Assembly: GCA_023379675.1 (NCBI GenBank)
Contig: JAMCPL010000010.1
Span: 51,021 to 115,020 of the forward strand
Source of the DNA: Actinomycetota bacterium
Lineage (GTDB): Bacteria; Actinomycetota; Acidimicrobiia; Acidimicrobiales; JAMCPL01
Direction of reading: 5' to 3'
Length of the DNA stretch: 64,000 nucleotides
Under the pieces are notes generated by a model. That model was not told the DNA's origin, did no database searches, and saw only the letters and a list, made by a program, of their open reading frames with translations. Positions 7,808 to 18,065 of the stretch are shown here, in pieces; position 1 is the stretch's first letter, and each line of letters begins with the position of its first letter. Made by a program: the position numbers and the translations under genes.

Positions 7808-9945
7808 GTCGCTGGAAAGATGGAGATGGCCGTCGCCACCAGCAGGGGGAGCGGCATCCAGGCAATGGCACCGAAAGGCGGCGACCAGGAGAGGGCAATC
7901 CAGGGGCTCGGCGTTCCGGTGAGCGGCGAGTGAGTGAGCCTGGGGAGAGGGCGCAGGGGGCGCCGCAAGGTCATCCAGGGGCTCGCCGTCCTCGCCAGCG
8001 GCTGTTAAGCCACCGGCGGCAGAGGGTCCGGGGCCCTGGAGATGCTTCTCGCCGCCTCGCTCGTAGGAACGGTGTATCAGAGGCACGTTATGTATCTAGA
8101 ACCGGGTGTTCCGGCTACAATCCTACCTACAGGAGTCCACTTCCGAAGAGACGTATCGGAACTATTATTGCTGGCGTGCTGCTGACATTCGTAGTGATCC
8201 TGGTTCGCTTGACTTACGTTCAGGTGGTGGATGGTCCTAGCTATGCTGCTTATGGCAGGCAGGAGGTGGCTCAGCGCGTATATGTCCCGGCGCTCAGGGG
8301 ACCTATCTATGCTCGTGACGGCAGGCTGCTTGCCGAGTCCATCCAGCGCCAGCGACTTATAGCCGATCCATTTCTTATCCATCATCCCCGGCGTGACGCC
8401 AGCAAACTCGCGCCAATTCTCGGCATGCCGTCACATACACTTACCACCATGATGAGCAAAAGATCCGGTTATGTGATACTTGCACAGGACGTCGCCAATG
8501 CTACTGCAAACAAGGTAATGAACCTTGGGTTGGCAGGCATTACCACCCAGCCGGTGGAAGTCAGGATTTATCCACCAGGTTCACTCGCCCAGCCATTGAT
8601 AGGAACGGTGAACTGGAAAGGTCAGGGTGCCGCGGGGTTGGAATACCAGTACAATTCTCTACTATCAGGACATCCCGGATGGGAAAGCGTATCGTTCACT
8701 CCAGACGGGGTTCCGCTTCCTGGCGGGAACCGTACACTCATCCCAGCTGTGAACGGGACCGGCCTCGAACTTACCATTGACGAGCCGCTCCAGTATGCTA
8801 CCGAGGAGGCATTAGCGTCGGAGATCCAGAAGCAGCGTGCAACCGGGGGGACAGCGATCATAATGGATGTGCATACTGGTGCAGTACTGGCCATGGCAAG
8901 TCTCAGTGCAAATCCAAAGACTCGAACGGTAACGGAGTCACCTGTCAACCTGGCTACCAACTTGGTCTACGAGCCTGGATCGGTGTTCAAGATCGTTACC
9001 TTCTCGGCATCCCTGACAGACGGCATCATTACTCCCAATACCATGATCACCATCCCATCTTCGTTGGATATGGGAGGTTGGACGTTTCACGACGCGTGGT
9101 CGCATGGCGTGATCAAGTACAGCGCAACCCAGGTTATAGCTTATTCGTCAAATCTTGGTACGATTCTCATTACCGGGAGACTGGGCAAGTCAAGACTTGC
9201 CGCACAGATATCGGCTATGGGTTTTGGACAACCTACCGGCCTCCATTTCCCAGGCGCTTCGCCGGGATTGGTGAATCCACCTTCCCAATGGTCGGCGTCG
9301 GCGATGGGGTCTACGCCTATAGGAGAGGATACTGGAGTCACCCCGATGCAGTTGCTGGATGCTATGAACACTGTAGCCAATGGAGGGGTATTCGTGCCTC
9401 CCAGATTGGTTCGCGCCAGGATATCTCCCACTGGCAAGCTCATCAGCGTCCCGAGACCTCATACCCGGAGGGTATTCCCGCAAGGTGTTGCGAACGAACT
9501 GTCTACGATGCTCGAAAGGGTGGTCATGTATGGCACTGGCGTAAAGGCCGGAGTTCCCGGATACAACGTATCTGGAAAGACTGGCACCAGCAAGGTGTCC
9601 AGCCAGAACGGTGGAGGTTATGTGCAAGGCGCCTACTGGGGAACATTTTGCGGGTTCGTCCCGTCACAGGATCCGGCGCTTTCCGCCTGCGTAGTAATGG
9701 ACAGGCCGGACCAGTATTTCGGGGGATCAGCTGCAGCACCGGTATTTAGCCAGATCATGCAGTACGCGGTACATAGGTTCGGGATACCTCCGACTCCGGG
9801 TGGGGGGATCACTGGGGGAAAGTACCGTCCCATCGACTTCCCGTCTGCGGGCGGACCCAATCCCTATGATTACTTCAATCCCGTAGGCACGCTGAGGTCT
9901 CAAGTGAGCGCGGCGGTGGCCGGAAACGGAGCGAGGATCGGGTAG
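7804..9945 (+). CDS. ftsI: Penicillin-binding protein (FtsI-type class B transpeptidase) with an Arg-rich N-terminal extension
   Basis: SXXK (GSVFK), SXN (SSN) and KTG(T) (SGKTGTS) motifs, with TM IGTIIAGVLLTFVVILV. The true start may be internal. Confidence 0.88.
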   Translation: MSRWKDGDGRRHQQGERHPGNGTERRRPGEGNPGARRSGERRVSEPGERAQGAPQGHPGARRPRQRLLSHRRQRVRGPGDASRRLARRNGVSEARYVSRTGCSGYNPTYRSPLPKRRIGTIIAGVLLTFVVILVRLTYVQVVDGPSYAAYGRQEVAQRVYVPALRGPIYARDGRLLAESIQRQRLIADPFLIHHPRRDASKLAPILGMPSHTLTTMMSKRSGYVILAQDVANATANKVMNLGLAGITTQPVEVRIYPPGSLAQPLIGTVNWKGQGAAGLEYQYNSLLSGHPGWESVSFTPDGVPLPGGNRTLIPAVNGTGLELTIDEPLQYATEEALASEIQKQRATGGTAIIMDVHTGAVLAMASLSANPKTRTVTESPVNLATNLVYEPGSVFKIVTFSASLTDGIITPNTMITIPSSLDMGGWTFHDAWSHGVIKYSATQVIAYSSNLGTILITGRLGKSRLAAQISAMGFGQPTGLHFPGASPGLVNPPSQWSASAMGSTPIGEDTGVTPMQLLDAMNTVANGGVFVPPRLVRARISPTGKLISVPRPHTRRVFPQGVANELSTMLERVVMYGTGVKAGVPGYNVSGKTGTSKVSSQNGGGYVQGAYWGTFCGFVPSQDPALSACVVMDRPDQYFGGSAAAPVFSQIMQYAVHRFGIPPTPGGGITGGKYRPIDFPSAGGPNPYDYFNPVGTLRSQVSAAVAGNGARIG

Positions 9946-9982
9946 CGATGCCATCACTACATCCATTATCACTACATCCATC

Positions 9983-11656
9983 ATGCCAGTCTCATCGACG
10001 CGCGTGGAATATGTTCCGTCGGCGGCTGGGCATGATCGACGCGGGAGGCGATCGGCCGGGAAGCCTGCGGTGGCAATGCTGTTGAGCGGCCTTCTCGACG
10101 GGATCAGGCCGGTCGACATGGTAGGCGAAGTGTCAACAGCTCAAATATCGTCTGTATCATACGACTCGCGGGAAGCCTGCGATGGAGCTCTGTTCTGCTG
10201 CCTGGCTGGAACGCGTTACGATGGGCATGAGTTTGCGGGACGGGCGGTGTCGAATGGGGCGTCGGCCCTGCTGGTCGAGAGGCGCCTGGATATAGCAGTC
10301 CCTCAAATAGTTGTGGCACGAGGCACCGCTAGGGCGGCCATGGCGGTGATTGCCGCTAATTTTTATGGCAGACCCTCCGGATCCCTTGTCATGTCCGGGG
10401 TTACCGGTACCAACGGCAAGACGACGGTAGCTCATATGGTTGCGTCTATATTGCGTGCTGGCGGGTTGCGCACATCGGTCATCGGAACCCTGGGAGGCGG
10501 ACGGACTACCCCTGAGTCCACCGATCTACAGCGAAGCCTTGCACAAGCACGAGATTCCGGTTTCAAGGCCGTATCCATGGAAGTCTCATCCCATGGCATG
10601 GTACAGAATAGGGTGGATGCCATACGTTTCCAGGCGGCAGTGTTCACTAATCTCTCTCCCGAACACCTTGATTACCACAAGACGATGGATATGTATTTTG
10701 GAGCCAAGGCTGCGCTGTTTGTTCCGGAGAGAGTCGAGAACGCCATCATCAACGTTGACGATCCGTGGGGAAGGCTGCTCACGGAGAAGGTGTCCGGCGT
10801 GCCGGTGCTCCGGTACGGTGCAGATGAGGCATCCGAGGTGAGCCAAGATGAATATGGGAGTTCCTTTCGCTGGAGGGGTATGCAGGTAAGAATCCAGCTG
10901 GCAGGCAGGTATAATGTCCTCAATGCCATAGCCGCTGCCAACGCGGGCCTTGTACTCGGAGTGGACGAGGACGCGATAGCAGAGGGGCTTGACACGATGG
11001 AGCCCGTTCCGGGGCGGTTTGCCCTGTACCGGAGTCCTTCCGGCGGAGTCGTGGTGATAGATTACGCACACACTCCAGATGCTCTGGAAGCAGTCCTAAT
11101 GTCGGCTCGGGAGATCATGCACGAGCCGAGAGGGCGGCTTACATGTGTATTCGGCTGTGGGGGAGATAGAGATGCGAGCAAGAGGCCCCTGATGGGATCG
11201 GTGGCAGCGAGGCTGGCGGATAAGGTTGTGGTGACTTCCGACAACTCCAGAAATGAGGACCCGGTTGCAATTATGGACGAGATAGTATCGGGTATCGGCG
11301 CCGATGATCGTAAACGCCTAGTGGTGGAGATCAATCGCCGTAAAGCGATTGAGTTCGCCGTTGTGCAACTCCGGGATGGTGACGTAGTGGTGGTGGCAGG
11401 CAAGGGGCACGAAACCGTCATGGAGGCGGGCGGCAAGTGTGTACATTTCAGTGATGCCGAGGTGGTCACCGGATGCATGGCAGTGCTGGCTGGTCGCCAG
11501 GGAAACGTTCCTGGAGGGTCGTTGTCCGGTGATGCAGGCCGTTCCTGGGTAGTAGGTGCTGACCTGGGAGTAGGTACCGATCCGAGAGTAGGTGACTCCG
11601 GTAGGTCAATAGAGGGCGGCGCGGGTAGCACCGGAGGACTGGCATGCTCGGATTGA
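9983..11656 (+). CDS. murE: UDP-N-acetylmuramoyl-L-alanyl-D-glutamate--2,6-diaminopimelate ligase MurE
   Basis: DSREACDGALFCCLAGTRYDGHEF and GVTGTNGKTT are present, with TSDNSRNEDP in place of the DNPR motif. The start is uncertain (an alternative Met is at 10076). It has a Gly-rich C-terminal tail. Confidence 0.88.
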   Translation: MPVSSTRVEYVPSAAGHDRRGRRSAGKPAVAMLLSGLLDGIRPVDMVGEVSTAQISSVSYDSREACDGALFCCLAGTRYDGHEFAGRAVSNGASALLVERRLDIAVPQIVVARGTARAAMAVIAANFYGRPSGSLVMSGVTGTNGKTTVAHMVASILRAGGLRTSVIGTLGGGRTTPESTDLQRSLAQARDSGFKAVSMEVSSHGMVQNRVDAIRFQAAVFTNLSPEHLDYHKTMDMYFGAKAALFVPERVENAIINVDDPWGRLLTEKVSGVPVLRYGADEASEVSQDEYGSSFRWRGMQVRIQLAGRYNVLNAIAAANAGLVLGVDEDAIAEGLDTMEPVPGRFALYRSPSGGVVVIDYAHTPDALEAVLMSAREIMHEPRGRLTCVFGCGGDRDASKRPLMGSVAARLADKVVVTSDNSRNEDPVAIMDEIVSGIGADDRKRLVVEINRRKAIEFAVVQLRDGDVVVVAGKGHETVMEAGGKCVHFSDAEVVTGCMAVLAGRQGNVPGGSLSGDAGRSWVVGADLGVGTDPRVGDSGRSIEGGAGSTGGLACSD

Positions 11657-12687
11657 TGGTTGCCGGGGGCATGGCACTGATCGTTGCAGTGTTCTGTACA
11701 CCCGTTTTGCGGCGCTGGCTGGTGGCCAATTCAATAGGGCAGTACATACGGGATGACGGTCCAAGCATGCACAGGGCGAAGGAAGGCACCCCGACCATGG
11801 GCGGCATAGTACTATTCGCTGCGTTGTGTGTTGGCTACTTTGTAGCGCATATGATTACCTCTGTCCGGATGAGCGCCGATGGCGTGCTGGTTGTCGGGCT
11901 TGTAGTGGCCTTTGGTCTGATAGGGCTTATCGATGACTGGCTCAAGGTGCATAACAAAAGGAACCTTGGGCTGAACAAGCGGGCGAAATTTGCCAGCCAG
12001 GTGGCGGTAGCACTGCTGTTCGCGGTAGGGTCTGAGAAGTTTGGGCATGCAAGCACTTTTCTGTCTTTTACCCGATGGAACTCTACAGGGGTAAATCTGG
12101 GGTCTATAGGTTGGATCGTGTGGGTGGCATTGATCGTGGTCGGCTCTTCCAATGCTGTCAATCTAACCGATGGTCTCGATGGTCTTGCCGCAGGTTCGCT
12201 GGCGCTCGTCTTTGCGGTGCTTGCAATTATCGGGTATTGGCAGTTCAGGCATTTCAGCATATACAGAGTGTCTTACTCCCTGGACTTGAGCCTGGTTGCC
12301 GTCGCCCTTGCAGGGGCCTGCGTGGGATTTCTATGGTGGAACGCGGCGCCGGCGCGGATATTCATGGGCGATACCGGGTCACTGGCCATGGGAAGCGGGT
12401 TGGCGGGGATTGCCATACTCATGAATTTGCAGTTGTTGCTGCCGATCTTGGGCGGGCTGTTTGTCATAGTGACGCTTTCAGTCGTTGTTCAGGTGATCAG
12501 CTTTCGGATCTTCAAACGCAGGTTGCTGAAAATGGCTCCCCTCCATCACCACTTCGAACTTTCCGGTTGGCCGGAGTCCACGGTCATCGTGAGATTCTGG
12601 ATCATGGCGGGCCTTTTCGCCGCTTTTGGACTGGGACTTTTCTATGCTGACTACCTGTCGGTTACGAGGCTGTTGTCGAAGGCATGA
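11644..12687 (+). CDS. mraY: Phospho-N-acetylmuramoyl-pentapeptide transferase MraY
   Basis: HR.KEGTPTMGG, NAVNLTDGLDGLA, FMGDTGSLA and PLHHHFEL are present. Confidence 0.95.
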   Translation: MLGLMVAGGMALIVAVFCTPVLRRWLVANSIGQYIRDDGPSMHRAKEGTPTMGGIVLFAALCVGYFVAHMITSVRMSADGVLVVGLVVAFGLIGLIDDWLKVHNKRNLGLNKRAKFASQVAVALLFAVGSEKFGHASTFLSFTRWNSTGVNLGSIGWIVWVALIVVGSSNAVNLTDGLDGLAAGSLALVFAVLAIIGYWQFRHFSIYRVSYSLDLSLVAVALAGACVGFLWWNAAPARIFMGDTGSLAMGSGLAGIAILMNLQLLLPILGGLFVIVTLSVVVQVISFRIFKRRLLKMAPLHHHFELSGWPESTVIVRFWIMAGLFAAFGLGLFYADYLSVTRLLSKA

Positions 12688-12693
12688 AAAGGG

Positions 12694-14121
12694 ATGGAAA
12701 TGGCAGGTAATCATACAGGTGGTTATGTATTAGTATTTGGAGCTGGTGTCACCGGGCGTGCGGTGGTGGATATGCTCTTGTCAGAGGGACAGGACGTGGT
12801 GGTCGCGGACGATTCAGCAGTTCCCAGGCGCGCTGTGTTTGAACTTAACATGCCTGATGGGTATGCACGACCTGGTGGTGGCATACGGATAGTAAGGGCT
12901 CCCAGAAACCGAACGCTCGAGCGGCTTGTAGCTGGTGCTGATCGGGTGGTGGTGAGCCCGGGGGTACCTCGAAGCCATCCGATCCATCGGATGGCCGCAG
13001 GTAAGCTGACGAGCGAGGTCGGTCTTGCCAGGGCGCGTCTGCAGATTCCTTTTGTGGGCATCACCGGCACCAACGGAAAGACCACTGTAGTTACTCTGGT
13101 AGCATCTATGCTCGAAAAGTCGCACTTCAGGGTGGCAGCGGCAGGCAACATCGGATTACCACTGATTAGCGTCATCCACCGCTCGATTGACGTGGTGGTG
13201 GCCGAACTCTCGTCATTCCAGCTGGCAACGACCAGCGATCTTGCGCCCACTATAGGTGCATGGCTTAATTTTCAGCCTGATCACCTGGATTGGCACACGG
13301 ATATGAAGGATTACCGTCTCTCCAAGACAAGGATATGGGAAGGCGTTGGGCCAGGTTGCAAGGTGGTGGCGAACTGGAATGACGAGGTAGTGATGGAGGC
13401 GGCAAGGCAGGCAACTGGTACTACAGGCGCCGAACTGGTTGCATGGGGGGATGGTGACGGGAGCTGGCATCGTGAGGGTGACCTCATTATCTCTCCCGAT
13501 GGTGACACGCTGGTATCCATCCGGACGTTATATCGTAGCATGCCCCATGATGTGGATAACGCTCTTGCTGCACTTGCTGTTGCCACTAGTGCAGGTGCAA
13601 ACCTGGATGGCTGTGCCGAAGCACTGGCTGGCTTCAACGGGTTACCGCACCGGGTGGAGTTGGTTGCCGATATCCAAGGAGTTCGCTACCTGGATGATTC
13701 CAAATCCACGACACCCAGTTCGACTGCTGCGGCTCTCGCTGGCATGGAAGATAGCAGTGCTGTGCTGATTGCTGGGGGGCGCAACAAGGGCTTGGACCTT
13801 GGAACACTGCGTTCCTGCGCGGATACGCTGAAGGCTGTAGTTGCCATAGGCGAGGACGCTCATGAAGTGATGGCCGCGCTGGAAACACTGTGTCCTGTCA
13901 AAGTTGCGGGGTCTATGGATGAGGCGGTGGCGCTGGCCACAGGTTTTGCCGATCGGGGAGATTCTGTCATTCTATCGCCGGCTTGTGCGTCGTACGATTG
14001 GTACGGTTCGTATGCTTCACGGGGTGACGATTTCCGGCGGTGCGTGCTCGAGCTGCAGGGCACTCACGTGTTTGGTGAGGATCCCAACCGTGGTGTGACA
14101 AATGTACCAGGAGGTGGGTGA
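12694..14121 (+). CDS. murD: UDP-N-acetylmuramoylalanine--D-glutamate ligase MurD
   Basis: VFGAGVTGRA Rossmann motif, GITGTNGKTT, GLPHRVE and DDSKSTTP are present. Confidence 0.92.
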   Translation: MEMAGNHTGGYVLVFGAGVTGRAVVDMLLSEGQDVVVADDSAVPRRAVFELNMPDGYARPGGGIRIVRAPRNRTLERLVAGADRVVVSPGVPRSHPIHRMAAGKLTSEVGLARARLQIPFVGITGTNGKTTVVTLVASMLEKSHFRVAAAGNIGLPLISVIHRSIDVVVAELSSFQLATTSDLAPTIGAWLNFQPDHLDWHTDMKDYRLSKTRIWEGVGPGCKVVANWNDEVVMEAARQATGTTGAELVAWGDGDGSWHREGDLIISPDGDTLVSIRTLYRSMPHDVDNALAALAVATSAGANLDGCAEALAGFNGLPHRVELVADIQGVRYLDDSKSTTPSSTAAALAGMEDSSAVLIAGGRNKGLDLGTLRSCADTLKAVVAIGEDAHEVMAALETLCPVKVAGSMDEAVALATGFADRGDSVILSPACASYDWYGSYASRGDDFRRCVLELQGTHVFGEDPNRGVTNVPGGG

Positions 14122-15326
14122 ACTATATGTCTAATCTTATGTCGAGGCTTATGTCAAAAATAAGACCAACTGCTGGGATAGTAGCTTGTGTTGCACTCCT
14201 GCTTGGTGTAGGTGTTGTGATGGTGCTTGCTTCCTCGCCTTACAGCTCGCTCGTCACCTATGGGTCGGTATGGTCAGTTTTCGAGCATCAGGTGGCATGG
14301 ATCCTGCTGGGGACTGTGGCGTTTGTAGCTGCGGCCATGGTGCCCACTTCGTTCATAAGAAAGCTGCGTTATCCCATGCTCGCCGTCGCGCTTGGCCTTC
14401 TGGTCGCGGTGCTTGTGCCGGGGATCGGTCATAGCGTATCCGGGTCCAGCCGCTGGTTGGGATTCGGACCAGTTACTATCCAGCCGTCCGAAATAATGAA
14501 GTTTGTTTGGTGCGTATTTGCTGCGGATCTCCTGGATCGCCGCGTAGGGGAGGATTGGCGTCCAAGGGACGCGCTGATCCCGCTGCTTTCCTTCCTTGCA
14601 GTAAGTTGCGCTCTTATCGTCAAACAGCCTGATCTTGGTACGACAATAGTGATTGTATGCATAACGATTGCAATGATGGTGACTTCAGGACTATCTCTAC
14701 CAGTGGTGCTGGAAGTTACACTGGGGTTGCTTGGCATCGGTGCCGGCCTGGCATTTGCAGCGCCTTACAGGCGTGCGCGGCTGCTCTCTTTTATCCATCC
14801 ATTTGCGCACGAGTACAGTTCCGGTTACCAGGTGGTGCAGTCGTTGATCAGCCTTGGTACGGGTGGTGTAAGTGGGGTCGGACTGGGGCGTGGCTCTGCG
14901 CAGTGGGGCTTCCTGCCACATGCCCATACTGATTTCATTTTCTCGATCATAGGTGAGCAGGCGGGGCTTGTGGGCACAGTGTTGGTGGTGGTGCTCATAT
15001 TCGCGTTGCTGGGCATGGGCATACGGGTTGTTGCCGCAGCGTCCGGTAAGTTTGAATCATTGCTGGCCGTTGGCATCACCTGCTGGCTGGCGGCAGAATC
15101 TATTATCAACATAGGCGCCACACTTGGATTGCTCCCAGTGACCGGGATACCCTTGCCGCTTGTGTCTTATGGTGGCTCCTCCATGTTGATTACTATGGCG
15201 GCGATCGGGGTGTTGCTGCGCATTGCAATAGATGCCGAGAGGGGTCTCACGGTTATCGAAGGAGGTCTGGCACGGAGCAGCAGGCATCCGGTGTACGGGA
15301 GACCAATGGGTCATGTCAATAGCTGA
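14118..15326 (+). CDS. ftsW: Peptidoglycan glycosyltransferase FtsW (SEDS family)
   Basis: Multi-TM protein with IQPSEIMKF, TDFIFSIIGEQAG and PVTGIPLPLVSYGGSS. Confidence 0.9.
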   Translation: MNYMSNLMSRLMSKIRPTAGIVACVALLLGVGVVMVLASSPYSSLVTYGSVWSVFEHQVAWILLGTVAFVAAAMVPTSFIRKLRYPMLAVALGLLVAVLVPGIGHSVSGSSRWLGFGPVTIQPSEIMKFVWCVFAADLLDRRVGEDWRPRDALIPLLSFLAVSCALIVKQPDLGTTIVIVCITIAMMVTSGLSLPVVLEVTLGLLGIGAGLAFAAPYRRARLLSFIHPFAHEYSSGYQVVQSLISLGTGGVSGVGLGRGSAQWGFLPHAHTDFIFSIIGEQAGLVGTVLVVVLIFALLGMGIRVVAAASGKFESLLAVGITCWLAAESIINIGATLGLLPVTGIPLPLVSYGGSSMLITMAAIGVLLRIAIDAERGLTVIEGGLARSSRHPVYGRPMGHVNS

Positions 15327-15431
15327 GTATGGACATATATGTGATGTGTGCCAGCAACGGTATGCAGAGGATGCTGGCCATATCAGGGTAGCCTGCCTTT
15401 CTCTCGTACTACCAGCGCTGGGGAACGAGGT

Positions 15432-16667
15432 ATGACTGACCGTGCCGGTGGCCAGCATGCTGGCTTTCGTAGAAGGTATTTTGCCCTGGTTGCGGGCGGC
15501 GGGACGGCGGGTCATGCCAAGCCTGCCCTAGAACTGGCTCGGGAATTGGCCAGGCGCCATCCACCCGATTGCGTGGCGTTGGTTGGCGGAAGGCGGGGGC
15601 TCGAGAGAAAGGTATGGGAGCCGTCGGGAATGGAGGCGTTTTACCTGCCGGGTCGCGGGATGCCACGTATTTCGCGTACAGCTTCATGGACTGGTATTTG
15701 GGGTTACATATCCGAGATGGTGGTATTTTCTGCTGAACTCGCAATGGCTATGGCCGGATCTGCCGTGCTCGTGGCGAGGAAAAGGCCTGCTGTAGTAGTG
15801 GTATTTGGCGGTTATAGTGCCGTGGCGCCGGCTCTAGCGGCGGTTGCGATGAGGATCCCCCTGGTGGTTGCCAACGTAGATGCCGTGGCGGGTCGTTCCA
15901 ACCAGATACTTGCCAGACTGGCCAAGGCCTCGGGAGTGGCGTGGCCGGGGACGGGGCTCCCGCGGGAGGTTGTCACGGGTGCGCCGGTAAGTCGATCCAT
16001 CGTCGAGGCAGGCCGTTCCAGGCGCTCTGCTGGCGCCAGTGCCGAGAGTGATGCTGCCCGGAGAGAACTGGGTATTCCCGAAGGCAGGTTTGTAGTACTG
16101 GCAGTGGGAGGCTCGCTCGGAGCGCGCAGGCTCAACGAACTAGTGCTGGATATTGCATCCGCCTGGTCCTCCAGGGCAGATGTTGCGATATATCATATCG
16201 TAGGTGACAGGTACCTCGCTTGGGCTCAGACTCGTGCCATGGAACTGGGGTTGCCGGGCACTGGCGATGACCATGCGGACGGGGGAACTGGCATAGCGTA
16301 TGTACAGGTAGGCTACGAGTCGCGGATGGATAGAGCCTACCTGGCTGCCGATCTTGCCATCTGCAGATCAGGCGCCATCACGGTTTCTGAGTTGGCTGCA
16401 GCCATCTTGCCAGCAGTTTTGGTACCCCTTCCTGGTGCTCCGTCGGCCCATCAGGAGGTGAATGCCCGCGTGCTCGCATCCCGGGATGCAGCTGTCATGG
16501 TAAGCGAAGACGGGCTGTCTGTGGAGAAGCTGAGATATGAATTGGAGCGCCTGATGGGTGATGAAGCCAGGCTGGACGGGATGGCCGCAAAGCTGTCCAG
16601 CCTATTTTCTGAGAACGCTACGCTGAGGTTGGCTGATCTGGTGGAGAAGTATGCCAGGGCGAGTTGA
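15432..16667 (+). CDS. murG: Undecaprenyldiphospho-muramoylpentapeptide beta-N-acetylglucosaminyltransferase MurG
   Basis: LVAGGGTAGHAKPAL and SRSGAITVSELAA-like CRSGAITVSELAA are present. The start is taken at the ATG at 15432, preceded by GGAACGAGG. Confidence 0.88.
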   Translation: MTDRAGGQHAGFRRRYFALVAGGGTAGHAKPALELARELARRHPPDCVALVGGRRGLERKVWEPSGMEAFYLPGRGMPRISRTASWTGIWGYISEMVVFSAELAMAMAGSAVLVARKRPAVVVVFGGYSAVAPALAAVAMRIPLVVANVDAVAGRSNQILARLAKASGVAWPGTGLPREVVTGAPVSRSIVEAGRSRRSAGASAESDAARRELGIPEGRFVVLAVGGSLGARRLNELVLDIASAWSSRADVAIYHIVGDRYLAWAQTRAMELGLPGTGDDHADGGTGIAYVQVGYESRMDRAYLAADLAICRSGAITVSELAAAILPAVLVPLPGAPSAHQEVNARVLASRDAAVMVSEDGLSVEKLRYELERLMGDEARLDGMAAKLSSLFSENATLRLADLVEKYARAS

Positions 16668-18036
16668 TCTGTCGCACGCGCGTAGAGTGCACGTGATAGG
16701 TGCTGGGGGCGCAGGCATGAGCGCCATATCGACGGTACTGGCTGCTCGTGGCCATACTGTACATGGGAGCGATTTGAAGAGATCTGCCGTATCAGAGCGT
16801 TTGGAGGCTCTGGGCATACCGGTATCCATCGGCCACCGGGCAGAGAATGTCGGAGATGCCGATATGGTGGTAATTTCCACCGCTATTCCACGGAGCAATC
16901 CGGAACTGCAGTTTGCCATATCCACGGGTATAGAAGTATATTCGCGTGCCGATATGCTTGCTTCGCTGGTGAGTGATCGGCGAGTCATCGCGGTGTCTGG
17001 TACTCACGGAAAGACCACTACGACTTCCATGCTATCGCTTTGCCTGGTGGAAGCCGGTATGCACCCGTCGTTCCTGGTCGGAGGCGATATCAACGAGACG
17101 GGCACCAATGCAGTCTGGGACGAGGGCGAGTGGGTCGTGGTGGAGGCGGACGAAAGCGACGGAACGTTTCTGTCGCTCGACACAGAGGTGGCGGTAATCA
17201 CGAACATCGAACCAGACCACCTGGACCATTACGGCGATTTTGAGTCTTATGTGGCCGCCTTTGTCGATTTTGCATCCATGGCCAAGCGAGGCTTTGTGAC
17301 GAGTGCTGATAATGCGCGTGTCGCGGAGATTGCTCGTGATCTAGGCGGAGAATCGGTCGGCTTCGACAAAGGTGCGTCATGGCGCATAGTTGAAGCGACA
17401 ATAGGTGCCGATGGGTCTTCGTTCAGGCTATCCCATAAGGGAAGCCTTCCTACCGAGATGCAATACGTACCCGTTACGGGTGAGCACAACCTGCGTAACG
17501 GCGCGCTGGCGGCTGTGGCGGCCAACCGTGCAGGGGTATCGTTTGCCGCGACGAGCCGAGCTTTGGCACGATTCAGCGGTGTTGCCAGGCGTTTCGAGCA
17601 CCGTGGGAGCGCGCGAGGGATTACGTTTGTAGATGACTATGCCCATTTGCCTGGAGAGGTGGATGCTACCCTAAGGGCGGCAAGGTTGTTGGCCCCCAGG
17701 CGAATCGTGGCCGTTTTCCAGCCGCACAGGTACAGCCGTACCGCCGTGCTTGCCACCGATTTTGGCGATGCACTGGCCCTGGCGGATGTGGTGGTGGTAT
17801 TGGATGTCTACCCAGCGGGTGAACCAGTTCGCCCCGGAGTTACAGGGTGGTTGGTTGCTGATTCGGTCAATTTCTCGAATCCGGGACTTCCCGTGCACTA
17901 TGTCCCGCGCCGCAGCGATCTTCCTTCACTACTGAATGAGATATTATTGGAAGGCGATTTGTGTCTCACTATGGGTGCAGGCGACATAACCACCCTGGCG
18001 GACGAGATGTTGTTGCGCTGGGGGGAGGCCCGGTAG
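16651..18036 (+). CDS. murC: UDP-N-acetylmuramate--L-alanine ligase MurC
   Basis: VHVIGAGGAGMSAI, VSGTHGKTTTTSM and DDYAHLP are present. It overlaps the murG 3' end by 17 nt. Confidence 0.93.
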   Translation: MPGRVDLSHARRVHVIGAGGAGMSAISTVLAARGHTVHGSDLKRSAVSERLEALGIPVSIGHRAENVGDADMVVISTAIPRSNPELQFAISTGIEVYSRADMLASLVSDRRVIAVSGTHGKTTTTSMLSLCLVEAGMHPSFLVGGDINETGTNAVWDEGEWVVVEADESDGTFLSLDTEVAVITNIEPDHLDHYGDFESYVAAFVDFASMAKRGFVTSADNARVAEIARDLGGESVGFDKGASWRIVEATIGADGSSFRLSHKGSLPTEMQYVPVTGEHNLRNGALAAVAANRAGVSFAATSRALARFSGVARRFEHRGSARGITFVDDYAHLPGEVDATLRAARLLAPRRIVAVFQPHRYSRTAVLATDFGDALALADVVVVLDVYPAGEPVRPGVTGWLVADSVNFSNPGLPVHYVPRRSDLPSLLNEILLEGDLCLTMGAGDITTLADEMLLRWGEAR

Positions 18037-18065
18037 TAATAGCCCGAAGGCGGAGGTGGGTTATA

